64,000 nt of DNA from Burkholderiales bacterium (GCA_036406675.1 DASXAO010000089.1:1419-65418); one strand, 5' to 3'; shown: positions 45,964-56,159, numbered from the stretch's first letter. A program made the numbers and translations. The notes: generated by a model not told the origin, from the sequence alone.

Positions 45964-46911
45964 CTAGTCGATCCGGGCGCCGGAGGCCTTGACTACCTTC
46001 GCCATCCTGGCGAAGTCCTCGCGCAGCAGCGCGTTGAAGGCGTCCACGCCGAGCGCCTGAGGCTCGATCCCCTGCTTCGCCAGCCGCTCCAGGATCACCG
46101 GCTCGCGCAGGAGCTTCTCCATCGCCGCGTTGATGCTCTCGACCACCGGCCGCGGCGTGCCGTGGGGCGCCAGCAGGCCGAGCCACGAATCAAAGACATA
46201 CCCTTTTATGCCGCTCTCATCGACGGTCGGCAGCTGCGGGAGGAATTTCGAGCGATGCCTTCCGGTGGAAGCGAGGATGCGTACGCGCTCGTCCTTGACG
46301 AAGGCGAGCGCGCCGATATTGGCCGGAATCACCGCGTGCGAGCGCCCGGCGAGCACCTCGTTGATCGCCTCTCCCGTCGCCTTGTAAGGCACGTGCACCA
46401 GCTCGATCCCCGCCAGGCTGGCGAAGTACGCCATGGCCAGGTGCGTCGCGCTGCCGTTGCCCGCGCTCGCATAGTTGAGCTTGCCGGGGTTCGCCTTGGC
46501 GTACGCGACGAACTCCTGGACGCTTTTCGCGGGAATGGTCGAGCTCGTCATGAGCACGTAGTCGACCGTGCCGATGTGCGCGACGGCGGTGAAGTCGTTG
46601 ATGGGATGGTACGGGAGCTTGCTGTAAAGCGAGCCCGAGATGGTGTGGCTCGCCGCCGCCAGGATGAGCGTGTTGCCGTCCGGCGCCGCCCTGGCCACGA
46701 AAGCCGTGCCGATGGTATTGCCCGCGCCGGGGCGGTTTTCGACGATCACGCTGCGGCCGAGCTGCGTGCCGAGCTCGGCGTTGATCGCGCGGGCGAGGAT
46801 GTCCTGCACCCCGCCGGCCGCGAACGGCACGACGATGCGCGTGACGTTGCCCTGCCCCTGGGCTCCCAAGGCGGCGCAGATCAGCGCCACGGCGGCGACG
46901 AAACGCTTCAA
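45964..46911 (-). CDS. Bug-family (TctC-like) substrate-binding protein
   Basis: Signal peptide. VIVENRPGAGNTIG, APDGNT, NYASAGNGSATHL, HVPYKATGEA. Confidence 0.9.
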   Translation of the reverse strand: MKRFVAAVALICAALGAQGQGNVTRIVVPFAAGGVQDILARAINAELGTQLGRSVIVENRPGAGNTIGTAFVARAAPDGNTLILAAASHTISGSLYSKLPYHPINDFTAVAHIGTVDYVLMTSSTIPAKSVQEFVAYAKANPGKLNYASAGNGSATHLAMAYFASLAGIELVHVPYKATGEAINEVLAGRSHAVIPANIGALAFVKDERVRILASTGRHRSKFLPQLPTVDESGIKGYVFDSWLGLLAPHGTPRPVVESINAAMEKLLREPVILERLAKQGIEPQALGVDAFNALLREDFARMAKVVKASGARID

Positions 46912-46915
46912 CGGT

Positions 46916-48046
46916 CTACTGGCCGCCTTTCTTGCCCGCCGCCGGTTTCGCAGCCTCTTGCGGCCAGTAGTAGTTCGCCGCGAACGAGTACGGCGGGAAC
47001 ATGTGGCGCTTCGCCGGCACTACCTTGGCGGCGTACGCCCGCTGCGACTCGTAGACCTTCTTGAACGTGGGGCTCTTGGCCGAGTTCTCCGCCGCGACCT
47101 CGTCCCAGGCCTTGAGCGAGGCGATCAGGATGTCGGGCGGCGTGCGCCGGATCTGCACGCCGTGCTTGTTGATGAGCTCCTCGATCGCGTCGGCGTTCTG
47201 CTTCTGCCAGCGGGTGAGCCAGCTGATGAACGCGTCCTTCACCGCCGAGTCGATCGCTTCCTGCTGCGCGGGCGTGAGGCTCTTCCACACGTCGAGGTTG
47301 AGCCCGAGCTCGCCGATCGAGTTGTTCTCGTGCATGCCCGGCGTGTAGTGGTACTTGAACACGGTGTGCAGCCCGAGCCGCAGGTCCTCGACGCCCCCGA
47401 CCCACTCGGCGCAGTCGATGACCCCGCGTTGCGCCGCCGGCACGATCTCGCCGCCCGCCATGTTGACCACGCTCTGGCCGAGCTTCGTGTAGACCTCGGC
47501 GTTGAGGCCGGTCTGGCGGCACTTCATGCCCTTGAAGTCGGCGACGCTCTTCAGCGGCTTCTTGAACCAGCCGAGCGCCTGCGGGCTCGAGGGATGCGCG
47601 GGCCAGGGGATCACGTTGAGCTTGAGGTCGTTCTGGTAGAACTCGCGCCACATCTGCAGCCCGCCGCCGACGTAGAGCCACCCCAGGTAATCCATGTGAT
47701 CCATGCCGAAGGGGCCGCCGGGGGGCGCGGCGAACAGCGCCGCGGCCGGGTTCTTGCCGACCCAGTAGTAGGCGATGGAGTGCCAGCCGTCGAGAACCTT
47801 CCTGCTGGTGGCATCGAGCACCTCGAACGCCGGCACGATCTGCCCCGCAGGCATGGCGTCGATTTTCAGGCTGCCCTGCGTCAGCTTTTCCGTGCGTTCG
47901 GCGAAGATCTTGAAGTGTTCCTGCAGCGTGTTGCTCGCCGGCCAGCTCGACTGCATCTTGAGCGTCCTGGGCGCCGGCGCTTGCGCGAGCGCGCCAGTGC
48001 AGACCAGCGCCGCAGCCACGGCGATGCCGACAGCTCGCTTGCTCAT
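46916..48046 (-). CDS. TRAP transporter substrate-binding protein (DctP superfamily, FcbT1/COG4663-type)
   Basis: Signal peptide. LKMQSSWPASNTLQEHFKIFAERTEK, WYWVGKNP-like IAYYWVGKNPAA and GMKCRQTGL. Confidence 0.9.
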   Translation of the reverse strand: MSKRAVGIAVAAALVCTGALAQAPAPRTLKMQSSWPASNTLQEHFKIFAERTEKLTQGSLKIDAMPAGQIVPAFEVLDATSRKVLDGWHSIAYYWVGKNPAAALFAAPPGGPFGMDHMDYLGWLYVGGGLQMWREFYQNDLKLNVIPWPAHPSSPQALGWFKKPLKSVADFKGMKCRQTGLNAEVYTKLGQSVVNMAGGEIVPAAQRGVIDCAEWVGGVEDLRLGLHTVFKYHYTPGMHENNSIGELGLNLDVWKSLTPAQQEAIDSAVKDAFISWLTRWQKQNADAIEELINKHGVQIRRTPPDILIASLKAWDEVAAENSAKSPTFKKVYESQRAYAAKVVPAKRHMFPPYSFAANYYWPQEAAKPAAGKKGGQ

Positions 48047-48173
48047 TTTGGTTTCCTCCTGACTCCCCTTCTGGGTTGTCGAGACAAGCTAAACCGGCGG
48101 CGCTCGGGGTGTCAATGAATCGCAGCGGAACGGCGCTTGCTACGTGCTCAGCGCCGACCCAACGGAGGATTCG

Positions 48174-48545
48174 ATGACCAGACTCGCACTCGTAGCGCCC
48201 ATCGCCGTCCTGACTGCACTTTTTGCAGGCTGCGCCAGCCGCGGCCCGGCAGAATCTACCCCAGTGGCGATCAAGCCCATAGAGCAGCCCTACCGCGCCG
48301 GCACCGGCGTGGTGCAATCGGTGACGCCGGCGCCGAAGGCGATGGTCGCCGGTCCGGCTGCCAGCACCTCGGCCGCCCCCGCTACTTCCGCGCGGAGCCC
48401 CGCCGTGGTTTCCGAAATGGAAATGCAGCGCCTGCGCATCCGCATGGACGACGGCCGCACGCTCTATGTGGACACGCCGAGCCACGAATTCGTCGCCGGC
48501 TCGCGCGTGCTGCTTTCCGACGCCAACGAGATTCGCCGCCAGTAG
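48174..48545 (+). CDS. Small lipoprotein (123 aa)
   Basis: GGAGGA before ATG 48174. Lipobox VLTALFAGC. Ala/Pro/Ser linker followed by a small beta-rich C-domain. Confidence 0.6.
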   Translation: MTRLALVAPIAVLTALFAGCASRGPAESTPVAIKPIEQPYRAGTGVVQSVTPAPKAMVAGPAASTSAAPATSARSPAVVSEMEMQRLRIRMDDGRTLYVDTPSHEFVAGSRVLLSDANEIRRQ

Positions 48546-48555
48546 CGACAACGTC

Positions 48556-49377
48556 TCAGAAGCCGAAGCAGCGCAGCGGGTTCTCGACCAGGATGCGGTC
48601 GCGAACCCGCTTGTCCGGCGCCCACGCCTCGAGCAGCGCGAACAGCCGCCGGGAATCGACGCGATCCGAGAACGAGAGGTGCGGGTAGTCTGACCCCCAG
48701 ATCACTCGCTCGGGCGCCGCGGCGATGACCGCGCGCGCGAGCGGGACGGTATCGGCCAAGGCCGGCTCGAGCGAGATGCGGTAGGCGCCGGTGAGCTTCA
48801 CCCAGCAGCGCTCGCAGCCGCGCACGAAGTTGACGAACTCCATGAACCCCGGCTGCTGCGGCCCGGCCATCGCCGGAAACATGCCGAGGTGGGCCACCGA
48901 GAAGCTCGATTGCAGGCCCCCGAACACGGGAATCAGCTCGCGCGTGAGCCAGCCCGGGGCGAGGAAGTCGAGCATCCAGCCGCGCTCGGCGCACTTCGCG
49001 TCGAGCGTGCGGATGCGCTTCATCAGGCTCATCGAGAACCCGGGCTCCGGCGGCTTGACGGGATTTACGTTGATGCGCACGCCACGCACCCCGGCGCCGT
49101 GGAGGCTTGCCAGCGCCTCGGACGTCACGTCTTCGTCGATGTCAACGATGCCGCGGCAGCTCTGCCCGCCGACGGTTCGCATCGCGTCGAGCATGCAGCG
49201 GTTGTCGCGGCCGTAGGCGCTCGGCTGCACGAACACGTAGCGACCGATGCCGAGCTCGCGCGCGTGCTCCAGGTAGTCCTCCAGCGGCGCGCTCGGCGGC
49301 GCGTAGCGCAGGTCGGAGGAATAGGGATAGAGCGCTTCCGGTCCGAAGACGTGGAAGTGGCTGTCGCAGGCCTTCAT
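48556..49377 (-). CDS. Amidohydrolase_2 family hydrolase (LigI / 2-pyrone-4,6-dicarboxylate lactonase-like)
   Basis: CDSHFHVFGP N-terminal motif, RGVRINV, VAHLG, WGSDYPH. Confidence 0.8.
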   Translation of the reverse strand: MKACDSHFHVFGPEALYPYSSDLRYAPPSAPLEDYLEHARELGIGRYVFVQPSAYGRDNRCMLDAMRTVGGQSCRGIVDIDEDVTSEALASLHGAGVRGVRINVNPVKPPEPGFSMSLMKRIRTLDAKCAERGWMLDFLAPGWLTRELIPVFGGLQSSFSVAHLGMFPAMAGPQQPGFMEFVNFVRGCERCWVKLTGAYRISLEPALADTVPLARAVIAAAPERVIWGSDYPHLSFSDRVDSRRLFALLEAWAPDKRVRDRILVENPLRCFGF

Positions 49378-49378
49378 T

Positions 49379-50332
49379 TCACTCCACCTGGATGCCTGCC
49401 TCTTTGACCAGCTTCACGAAGGCATCCGCTTCGGCACGGAAGTACTGCGTGAACTCTTCGGGCGAAGCGCTCGACACGAGATCGATCCCGCGCTCGGCGT
49501 ATTTCTTCTTCATCTCCGGGTTCGCGAGCGCCTTCGCCACGGCCGCATGCAGTCGCGCCACCACCGCGCGAGGCGTCGCCGCGGGCGCCACGATCCCGTT
49601 CCAGGTCACGTCGTCGAAGTTTGCGTAGCCGAGCTCGTGCAGGCTCGGCACCTCGGGCAGCACGGCGGAGCGCTCCCTCGAGGTGACCGCCAGCGCGCGC
49701 AGCTTGCCGCCCCGCACCTGGGCGGCGGAGGTGCTCACCTGGTCGAACATCATCGCGATCTGGCCGCCCATCACGTCGACGAGCGCCTGCGCGTTGCCCT
49801 TGTAGCTCACCTGCGTGAGCTTGGTGCCCGTCGCGCGCATGAAGAGCTCGGCGGCGACGTGGCCGGTCGAGCCGTTGCCCGAGCCGCCGTAGGTGATCTC
49901 GCCCGGCTTCGCTTTCGCCTGGGCGACGAGCTCCTGCAGCGTGCGCGCTGGATTCCCGGGGTTCACCACGAGCACCTGGGGAATCCGGCACACCAGCGAA
50001 ACGCCGGTGAAGTCGGTGCGCGGGTCGTAGTTGGCCGCCTTCACGACGCCAGGCACGCGCGCGAACGTGACCGCGACCGAGAGCAGCGTGTAGCCGTCGG
50101 CCGGCGCGTTCTTGACGAACTGCGTGCCGATGATCGCGCTTTGCCCGGGACGATTCTCGACGACCACCGGCTGGCCGAGGTTCTTCGCCATTTCCTCGGC
50201 GACCGCGCGCGCCACGATGTCCTGGTTGCCGCCCGGGACCAGCGGCACGATCATGTGGATCGGCTTCGCCGGAAACGATTGCGCGCAGACGTTTCCTGCA
50301 ATGGCAAGCAGCATCGCCAGCGCGGCCTTCAT
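49379..50332 (-). CDS. Bug-family (TctC-like) substrate-binding protein
   Basis: Start set at ATG 50332 (MKAALAMLLAIAGNVCAQ). VVVENRPGQSAIIG, PADGYT, TYGGSGNGSTGHV, QVSYKGNAQA. Confidence 0.9.
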   Translation of the reverse strand: MKAALAMLLAIAGNVCAQSFPAKPIHMIVPLVPGGNQDIVARAVAEEMAKNLGQPVVVENRPGQSAIIGTQFVKNAPADGYTLLSVAVTFARVPGVVKAANYDPRTDFTGVSLVCRIPQVLVVNPGNPARTLQELVAQAKAKPGEITYGGSGNGSTGHVAAELFMRATGTKLTQVSYKGNAQALVDVMGGQIAMMFDQVSTSAAQVRGGKLRALAVTSRERSAVLPEVPSLHELGYANFDDVTWNGIVAPAATPRAVVARLHAAVAKALANPEMKKKYAERGIDLVSSASPEEFTQYFRAEADAFVKLVKEAGIQVE

Positions 50333-50352
50333 GACGAGATTCCCTGGAAATT

Positions 50353-51132
50353 TCAAAGCTTTAGCTCCCTTACTTGCCGCGCGCGCCGCGCGCACTCGGC
50401 GGCGAGAAAGGCGAGATCGGTCCCGGTGGACACATAACGCGCACCGAGCTGCACGAACTTTGCGACCAGGTCGGCCCGCGTGGAAAGGCCGCCCACGCCC
50501 ACGTGCTTGCCGCGACGGCGACACGCGGCGATCACGCGCTCGTAGGCCTGTGCGAGCTTCGGATGGTCGTACTGGCCGGCGAGCCCGAGGTCGGCGAGGA
50601 GATCGTTCGATCCGATCATCACCATGTCGATGCCCTCGACGGCGACGATGTCCTCGGTCGCGTCGAGCGCGGCCGCCGACTCGCATTGCACCATGACCAG
50701 CGTGGCCTCGTTCAGCGCCGGCAGCGCCTCGGCGGCGGGGACGTTGCGGAAGCCGAAATGCGGCAGGCCGCCGACGAGCCCGCGGCTTCCGGCGGGCGCG
50801 TAGCGCGCGGCCGCGACCACGGCGCGCGCCTCTTCGGCCGATGTGACGCCGGGAGCGATCACCCCGAGCGCGCCGCCGTCGAGCACGCGCGAGATGTGCT
50901 CGGGCGTATTCGCGGGAACGCGCACCAGCGCCGGAATTCCGGCCTCCAGCGCCATGATCGAGATCTGGCTCGTCGCGTGCAGCGTGAGGCTCGAGTGCTC
51001 GAGGTCGATGTACAGCGAGTCGAAGCCCGCGGCTTTCGCGATCGGCACGATCTCGACGCCGGAAACGAGCCGCACCGTCATCGAAGCGACCAGCTCGCCG
51101 CGGGCGAGCTTTTCCTTCACCGGGTTCTTCAT
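50353..51132 (-). CDS. HpcH/HpaI family class II aldolase
   Basis: GFDSLYIDLEHS, VRVP, VMVQCES and IGSNDL blocks. Confidence 0.9.
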   Translation of the reverse strand: MKNPVKEKLARGELVASMTVRLVSGVEIVPIAKAAGFDSLYIDLEHSSLTLHATSQISIMALEAGIPALVRVPANTPEHISRVLDGGALGVIAPGVTSAEEARAVVAAARYAPAGSRGLVGGLPHFGFRNVPAAEALPALNEATLVMVQCESAAALDATEDIVAVEGIDMVMIGSNDLLADLGLAGQYDHPKLAQAYERVIAACRRRGKHVGVGGLSTRADLVAKFVQLGARYVSTGTDLAFLAAECARRARQVRELKL

Positions 51133-51810
51133 CTAGGCCGGTTCCAGGCCGTGCCTGCGCAGCACCCGGACCGACTCCTTCGACGCGAGATGGTGCAGCA
51201 GCTCGCTTCCGGGCTTCGCCTGCGCGGACTTGGAGTGCACCGCCCCGGAGAACACGGTCGAGAGCTGGATCTCGCGCGGCAGCCGACCGACGAAGTCGAT
51301 GCCGCGGACCTGGCGCAGCTCCGACACCTGCTGGAAGCAGAGCTCGAATTCGCCGCTCGCGACCAGCTCGCCGACCAGCACGCCCGGCCGCGCCTGCCTC
51401 GCCTTGGGCTTGAGCTCCTCGGCGAGCCCGAGGCGCTGGAATAGCTCGACGAGGTAAACCCCGCTCGGACCGCTAGAGATAACGACCGATTTCGCCGCGC
51501 GCAGCGCGTTCTTCAACGCTTCGACGTTGCCGATGTCGGGCTTGCGGGCACCGGAGCGCACCGCGGCGCCGACCTCGGACTTGGCGAAATCGACGCGCGT
51601 GCGCGAATCCAGGTTGCCGCCGTTGATCAGGTCCTCGATCAGCGCGGCGGAGCCGATGACCACGTCGGTCACCTCGCCGGCGAGGATGCGCTTGCGGATG
51701 TCGGCCATGCCCACCCACTGGGTGTCGACCTTGACCTTGCTCGAGCGCGTGAAGGCCGGCAGCAGCTCAAGATACGCCGCCTTGATCGCAACCGAGGACC
51801 AGACGTTCAT
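51133..51810 (-). CDS. Periplasmic-binding-protein-fold (ModA-like) protein lacking a signal peptide
   Basis: NVWSSVAIKAAYLELLPAF..KVKV......DIRKRILAGE..DVVI resembles the mature start of molybdate/sulfate-type PBPs. Its ATG overlaps the M20 gene stop by 4 nt, so an upstream leader is unlikely. Confidence 0.65.
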   Translation of the reverse strand: MNVWSSVAIKAAYLELLPAFTRSSKVKVDTQWVGMADIRKRILAGEVTDVVIGSAALIEDLINGGNLDSRTRVDFAKSEVGAAVRSGARKPDIGNVEALKNALRAAKSVVISSGPSGVYLVELFQRLGLAEELKPKARQARPGVLVGELVASGEFELCFQQVSELRQVRGIDFVGRLPREIQLSTVFSGAVHSKSAQAKPGSELLHHLASKESVRVLRRHGLEPA

Positions 51811-52943
51811 GCGCGCGTCCAGTCGCGGATCAGCGCTTCGTAGATCGCGACCGACTGCCGGATGCGCTCCTGGCTGCAGTATTCGTCGGTCTGGTGGGCC
51901 ATCGCCGCCTCGCCCGGCCCGAGCACCACCGTGGGCGCGCCCGCATACACCTTGAGCAGGTTCGCCGCGTCGGTCATGTACGGGGCGGTGCGCGCCTCGA
52001 GGCGGTCCTCGACGTACGGCTTGCAGATCTCGAATACGCGCTGCACCCAGTCCAGTTCCGGCTCGGTCCAGACGGGACCGAGATTGGAGAACACGTCGAA
52101 TTGCGCCTCTCCCACGAGATTCTCAAGAGACTCGAGGAGAGCGGCGTGATCCATCCCCGGCACGGTGCGGATGTCGACGCCGATGCTCGCCGAGTCGGGC
52201 ACCGCGTTCACCGTGTTGCCGCCCTCGATGGTGCCGACGTTGAGGGTCGGCTTGCCCATGACCGGGTGCGCCGGCACGCCGAAGTCGAACGCTTCGAGCT
52301 TGCCCAGCGCGCGCGCCGCCTTGTAGATCGCGTTCACGCCGAGGTGCGGCATGGAGCCGTGGGCCGACACGCCCTTGAAGCGCGCGTGGAACTTGACCGA
52401 GCCCTTGTGGCCTACGAGCGGGTAGTTCGAGGTGGGCTCGCCCACGATCATCGCGCCTGCTTGTCCGAGAAGAGCCCTCTGTTCCGAAAGATGACGCGAG
52501 CCGATGCACCCGCCCTCCTCCGCCGCGGTGAGCACGATGACCACGCCGGGCGTGCCCGCGAGCCGCTTCGCCATGCTGCGCGCAGCAAGCAGGATCGCGG
52601 CGACGCCGGCTTTCATGTCCGAGGCGCCGCGCCCGTAGAGCCGGTCGCCGTCGGTCTCGCCGCTGAACGGGTCGTGCGCCCAGGCCCGCGCGCCGACCGG
52701 CACGACGTCGAGATGGCCGGTGAGGCAAAGCGGCGCTTTCGCATCCGCTCCGCCCGCGCGCGCGATCACGCTGGTGCGGGTGTCCGCGTACTCATGGTAG
52801 TCGACGCGGTAGCCCCACTCCTGGAGCAGGCTCCCGGCATAGTGCGCGCAGTCGCGCTCGCGGCCGGGCGGGTTGACCGTGTCGAACCGGAGCAGCGACC
52901 GGGTGAGGGAGATGGCCTCTGATCCGCTCATGCCGCGAATCAT
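51807..52943 (-). CDS. M20 family metallopeptidase / deacylase (ArgE/DapE/ACY1-like)
   Basis: LTGHLDVVP, YGRGASDMKAG, TAAEEGG and a C-terminal HQTDE block. Confidence 0.85.
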   Translation of the reverse strand: MIRGMSGSEAISLTRSLLRFDTVNPPGRERDCAHYAGSLLQEWGYRVDYHEYADTRTSVIARAGGADAKAPLCLTGHLDVVPVGARAWAHDPFSGETDGDRLYGRGASDMKAGVAAILLAARSMAKRLAGTPGVVIVLTAAEEGGCIGSRHLSEQRALLGQAGAMIVGEPTSNYPLVGHKGSVKFHARFKGVSAHGSMPHLGVNAIYKAARALGKLEAFDFGVPAHPVMGKPTLNVGTIEGGNTVNAVPDSASIGVDIRTVPGMDHAALLESLENLVGEAQFDVFSNLGPVWTEPELDWVQRVFEICKPYVEDRLEARTAPYMTDAANLLKVYAGAPTVVLGPGEAAMAHQTDEYCSQERIRQSVAIYEALIRDWTRA

Positions 52944-52950
52944 AAGACTT

Positions 52951-53856
52951 TTATCGTTTACGCAGAGCTTCGAGCGCGGCGCCGAGGATTCCCTTGGGCA
53001 TGTAGATGATGAAGAGCACCAGCATCAGCCCGTAGATGGTGCTGTCGAGCGCGGGAAAGCGGTTGCCCCAGGCGAGGCGCAGGCCTTCAGCCAGGAGCAA
53101 GGTGAACGCCGCGCCCACGGTCGGGCCGAGCATCACGAACATGCCGCCGGCGATGACGCCGAACACCATCTGCAGGCTGATGGCGATGCCGGAGACCGTA
53201 TCGGGGTTCACGTAGAGCTGGTATTGCGCGTAGAGGATTCCGCCCGCGCAGGTCATGAGCGCCGAAACCAGGGTGATGCGGAGCTTGGCGCGCGTGACGT
53301 GGATGCCGACGGAGGCCGCGGCCTCCTCCTCCTCGCTGATCGCCTGCAGCGCGAGCCGCCCCATGCTGCGGTCGACGGCGCGCCACACCCACAGCCCGGC
53401 CAACCAGAAGAGCGCCACGATCGCGAGCCACACCCACTTGCTGGAGAACTGCAGCGCGCCGAGCGCGACCGTAGTGCCCTCGGTAAGCGCGCCGTTCGGC
53501 GTGGCGCCGAGCGAGCCGCCGGTCTGCTCGCGCATCGCCGTGAACACCAGCCGCGTCACTTCCGAGAGGGCGAGCGTGACGAGCGCGAAGTAATGGCCGA
53601 CGATTCGGAAGCGAAAGCAGGGATAGGCGATGACGATCGCGACCACGGCCGCCACGGCGAGCGCCGCTGGCGCGCCGATCCAGGGCGAGACGCCGTAGTG
53701 GTTCCAGAGCATCACCACGGTGTAGGCGCCGATGCCCATGAACGCGCCGTGGCCGAAGCTCACCATGCCCATGCGGCCCATCAGGGACCAGCTGGTGTAG
53801 ATGTAGCCCCACAGCAGCACGAGGATGATCAGGTGCAGGGGATAGTTGCCGATCAT
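52951..53856 (-). CDS. Branched-chain-amino-acid-type ABC transporter permease (LivM-like)
   Basis: Polytopic. GMVSFGHGAFMGIGAY block. Confidence 0.9.
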   Translation of the reverse strand: MIGNYPLHLIILVLLWGYIYTSWSLMGRMGMVSFGHGAFMGIGAYTVVMLWNHYGVSPWIGAPAALAVAAVVAIVIAYPCFRFRIVGHYFALVTLALSEVTRLVFTAMREQTGGSLGATPNGALTEGTTVALGALQFSSKWVWLAIVALFWLAGLWVWRAVDRSMGRLALQAISEEEEAAASVGIHVTRAKLRITLVSALMTCAGGILYAQYQLYVNPDTVSGIAISLQMVFGVIAGGMFVMLGPTVGAAFTLLLAEGLRLAWGNRFPALDSTIYGLMLVLFIIYMPKGILGAALEALRKR

Positions 53857-53863
53857 CGCCTGC

Positions 53864-54727
53864 TCATTTTCGAAACAGTCCCTGCGGCCTGACGAACATC
53901 ATCGCGATGAAGAAGGCGAAGGCAATGACGTAGCCCCACTCGATGGCGAAGAAGAAGCCGCCCACCGAGATGAACTGCGCGAAGACGAAAGCGGCGACCA
54001 GGCCGCCGACCATGCTGCCCAGCCCGCCAAGCACGCAGATGAGAAAGATGATCGGGCCGAACGAAAGGCCGATCGCGGGATGCACGTCGTACTGCAGCAC
54101 CAGCAGGCAGGCGCCCAGGCCGGCGAGCGCCCCGCCGATCGCCGAGGTGATGACGAACACCCGGCCCGGGTCGACGCCCATCAGCGGCATGACCGCGCGG
54201 TCCTGGCTGATCGCGCGGATCGCCGTTCCCAGATAGGTCTTGTTCAGGAACAGATAAAGGCCAAGGACGCCGGCGAGCGCCGTGCCGAACGCGACCAGTC
54301 GCGCCGCCGAGAATGACATCTCGCCCAGGCGCACCGGCGGCAGGCTCACGCCGAGGTTCTTGAAGTCGATGCCGAAGGCGAGCGTCGCCGCCGCCTGCAG
54401 GAAGAAAAGCACGCCGCCCGTGACCAGCAGCTGGTTGATCGGCTCCGCCGAGAGCACCGGCCGGATGACGAACTGGTGCAGCAGCACGCCGAGCAGCGCG
54501 ACGATCACAATCGCCGCAGCCATCGCGGCGATGAGCGGCCAGTGGTACTGCACGTGCAGGTAGTAGACCGCGTACATGCCGCACATGATCAGCTCGGCAT
54601 AGCAGATCCACACCACGTCGATCACGCCGAAGACCAGGTTCAGGCCGAGCGAGAGCAGCGCGAGCAGCCCGCCGAGCAGCAGCCCGTTCAGCACCGCTTC
54701 CAGCAGGAAGATGTCGAAGATCTCCAT
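53864..54727 (-). CDS. Branched-chain-amino-acid-type ABC transporter permease (LivH-like)
   Basis: Polytopic. N-terminal LLEAVLNGLLLGGLLALLSLGLNLVFGV block. Confidence 0.9.
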   Translation of the reverse strand: MEIFDIFLLEAVLNGLLLGGLLALLSLGLNLVFGVIDVVWICYAELIMCGMYAVYYLHVQYHWPLIAAMAAAIVIVALLGVLLHQFVIRPVLSAEPINQLLVTGGVLFFLQAAATLAFGIDFKNLGVSLPPVRLGEMSFSAARLVAFGTALAGVLGLYLFLNKTYLGTAIRAISQDRAVMPLMGVDPGRVFVITSAIGGALAGLGACLLVLQYDVHPAIGLSFGPIIFLICVLGGLGSMVGGLVAAFVFAQFISVGGFFFAIEWGYVIAFAFFIAMMFVRPQGLFRK

Positions 54728-55425
54728 CAGAGTCCCAGATAGGCTTTTTGTATTTGTTTCGAATTCACGAACTCCTCAGAACTTCCGGACAGCATGATTT
54801 TTCCGGCATCCAACAAATAAGCCCTGCCGACGACCTTCAGCACCTGGCGGATGTTCTGCTCGACGATCAGCACCGTGTAGCCCTCGGCGCAGATCCGCCG
54901 CACCAGCTCGAAGATCGATTGCACGACGACCGGCGCGAGCCCCGCGGAAGGCTCGTCGAGCAGGAGCAGCTTCGGCCCGGACATCAGCGCGCGGCCGATG
55001 GCGCACATCTGCTGCTCGCCGCCGGACAGCGTGCCCGCGGCCTGGTCTTTTCTCTCCTTCAGACGAGGGAACAGGCCGTAGGCAACCTCTTTTCTCTGCT
55101 CGAATTGCTTCCGTGAAGTAAAAGCGCCCATGCGCAGGTTCTCTTCGACCGTGAGGCGCGGAAACAGCCGACGGTTCTCGGGGACGTGGGCGATTCCCCT
55201 TGAAACGACCTGGTGCGGCGGAGTTCTGGACAGATTCTCGTTCTCGAAAACAATCGCGCCCTGCACCGGCTCGATCAATTTCGAGATCAGACGAAGCAGC
55301 GTCGTCTTGCCGGCGCCATTGGGGCCGATCACGGCGACCGATTCTCCGGCCCGCACCTCGAGGCTGACGCCGAACAGCGCCTGGAAGCCGCCGTAGCCGG
55401 CCGAAACATTGTCAAGCGAGAGCAT
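54727..55425 (-). CDS. ABC transporter ATP-binding protein (LivF-like)
   Basis: Start at ATG 55425. Walker A GPNGAGKTT, signature LSGGEQQM, Walker B LLLLDEP. Confidence 0.9.
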   Translation of the reverse strand: MLSLDNVSAGYGGFQALFGVSLEVRAGESVAVIGPNGAGKTTLLRLISKLIEPVQGAIVFENENLSRTPPHQVVSRGIAHVPENRRLFPRLTVEENLRMGAFTSRKQFEQRKEVAYGLFPRLKERKDQAAGTLSGGEQQMCAIGRALMSGPKLLLLDEPSAGLAPVVVQSIFELVRRICAEGYTVLIVEQNIRQVLKVVGRAYLLDAGKIMLSGSSEEFVNSKQIQKAYLGL

Positions 55426-55433
55426 CGATTCCT

Positions 55434-56159
55434 TCAAGCGAAAGCATCGGTGCCGAGATACACCTCGATCACCTTCGGATCGCGCGAGACTTCCGCCGGC
55501 TTGCCTTCGGCGATCACCACGCCGTGGTCGAGCACCACGCAGCGGTCGACGACGCGCATCAGCACGCCCATGATGTGCTCGACCCACACGATGGTGACGC
55601 CGCGCTGCGCGCGGATGTTGGAGAGCAGGTCGGCGGCCTGCTCCATCTCGCCGTGGTCCAGGCCGCCAAGCGACTCGTCGGCGAGCAGGAGCTTCGGCTG
55701 CGTCGCGAGCGCGCGCGCCAGCTCGAGCTTCTTCAGCGCCGCGGCGCCGAGGCCTTCGACGCCCGTTCCCTGCAGGCCGACGAGCTTCAGCGTTTCCGAC
55801 GCAAGCGCGAAGGCTCGTTCACGGGAGATTCGCGCGTTCGAGCCGTAAAAAGCCGCGAGCGCGACGTTCTCCAGGACCGAGAGCTTCTTGAACGGCCGCG
55901 GGATCTGGTAGGTGCGGCCGAGGCCGGTATGCGCGACGCGATAGGCGGGAAGGCCCGCGATCTCCTCGCCGCGGAAGCGCACCGAGCCCGCGTCGGGCCT
56001 GAGCGCGCCGGCGACGAGATTGAAGGTCGTGCTCTTGCCCGAGCCGTTCGGGCCGATGAGGCCGAGGATCTCGCCCTCGGCCACGTCGAAGGAAACGTTG
56101 TTGACGGCGGTGAAGCCGCCGAAGCGTTTCGTTAGTTTTTCAACTCTTAATAACGTCAA
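55434..56159 (-). CDS. ABC transporter ATP-binding protein (LivG-like)
   Basis: No in-frame ATG nearby. Proposed TTG start at 56159 overlaps the upstream TGA (TTGA). LLRVEKLTKRFGG, Walker A GPNGSGKST, Walker B LLLADE. Confidence 0.85.
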   Translation of the reverse strand: MTLLRVEKLTKRFGGFTAVNNVSFDVAEGEILGLIGPNGSGKSTTFNLVAGALRPDAGSVRFRGEEIAGLPAYRVAHTGLGRTYQIPRPFKKLSVLENVALAAFYGSNARISRERAFALASETLKLVGLQGTGVEGLGAAALKKLELARALATQPKLLLADESLGGLDHGEMEQAADLLSNIRAQRGVTIVWVEHIMGVLMRVVDRCVVLDHGVVIAEGKPAEVSRDPKVIEVYLGTDAFA

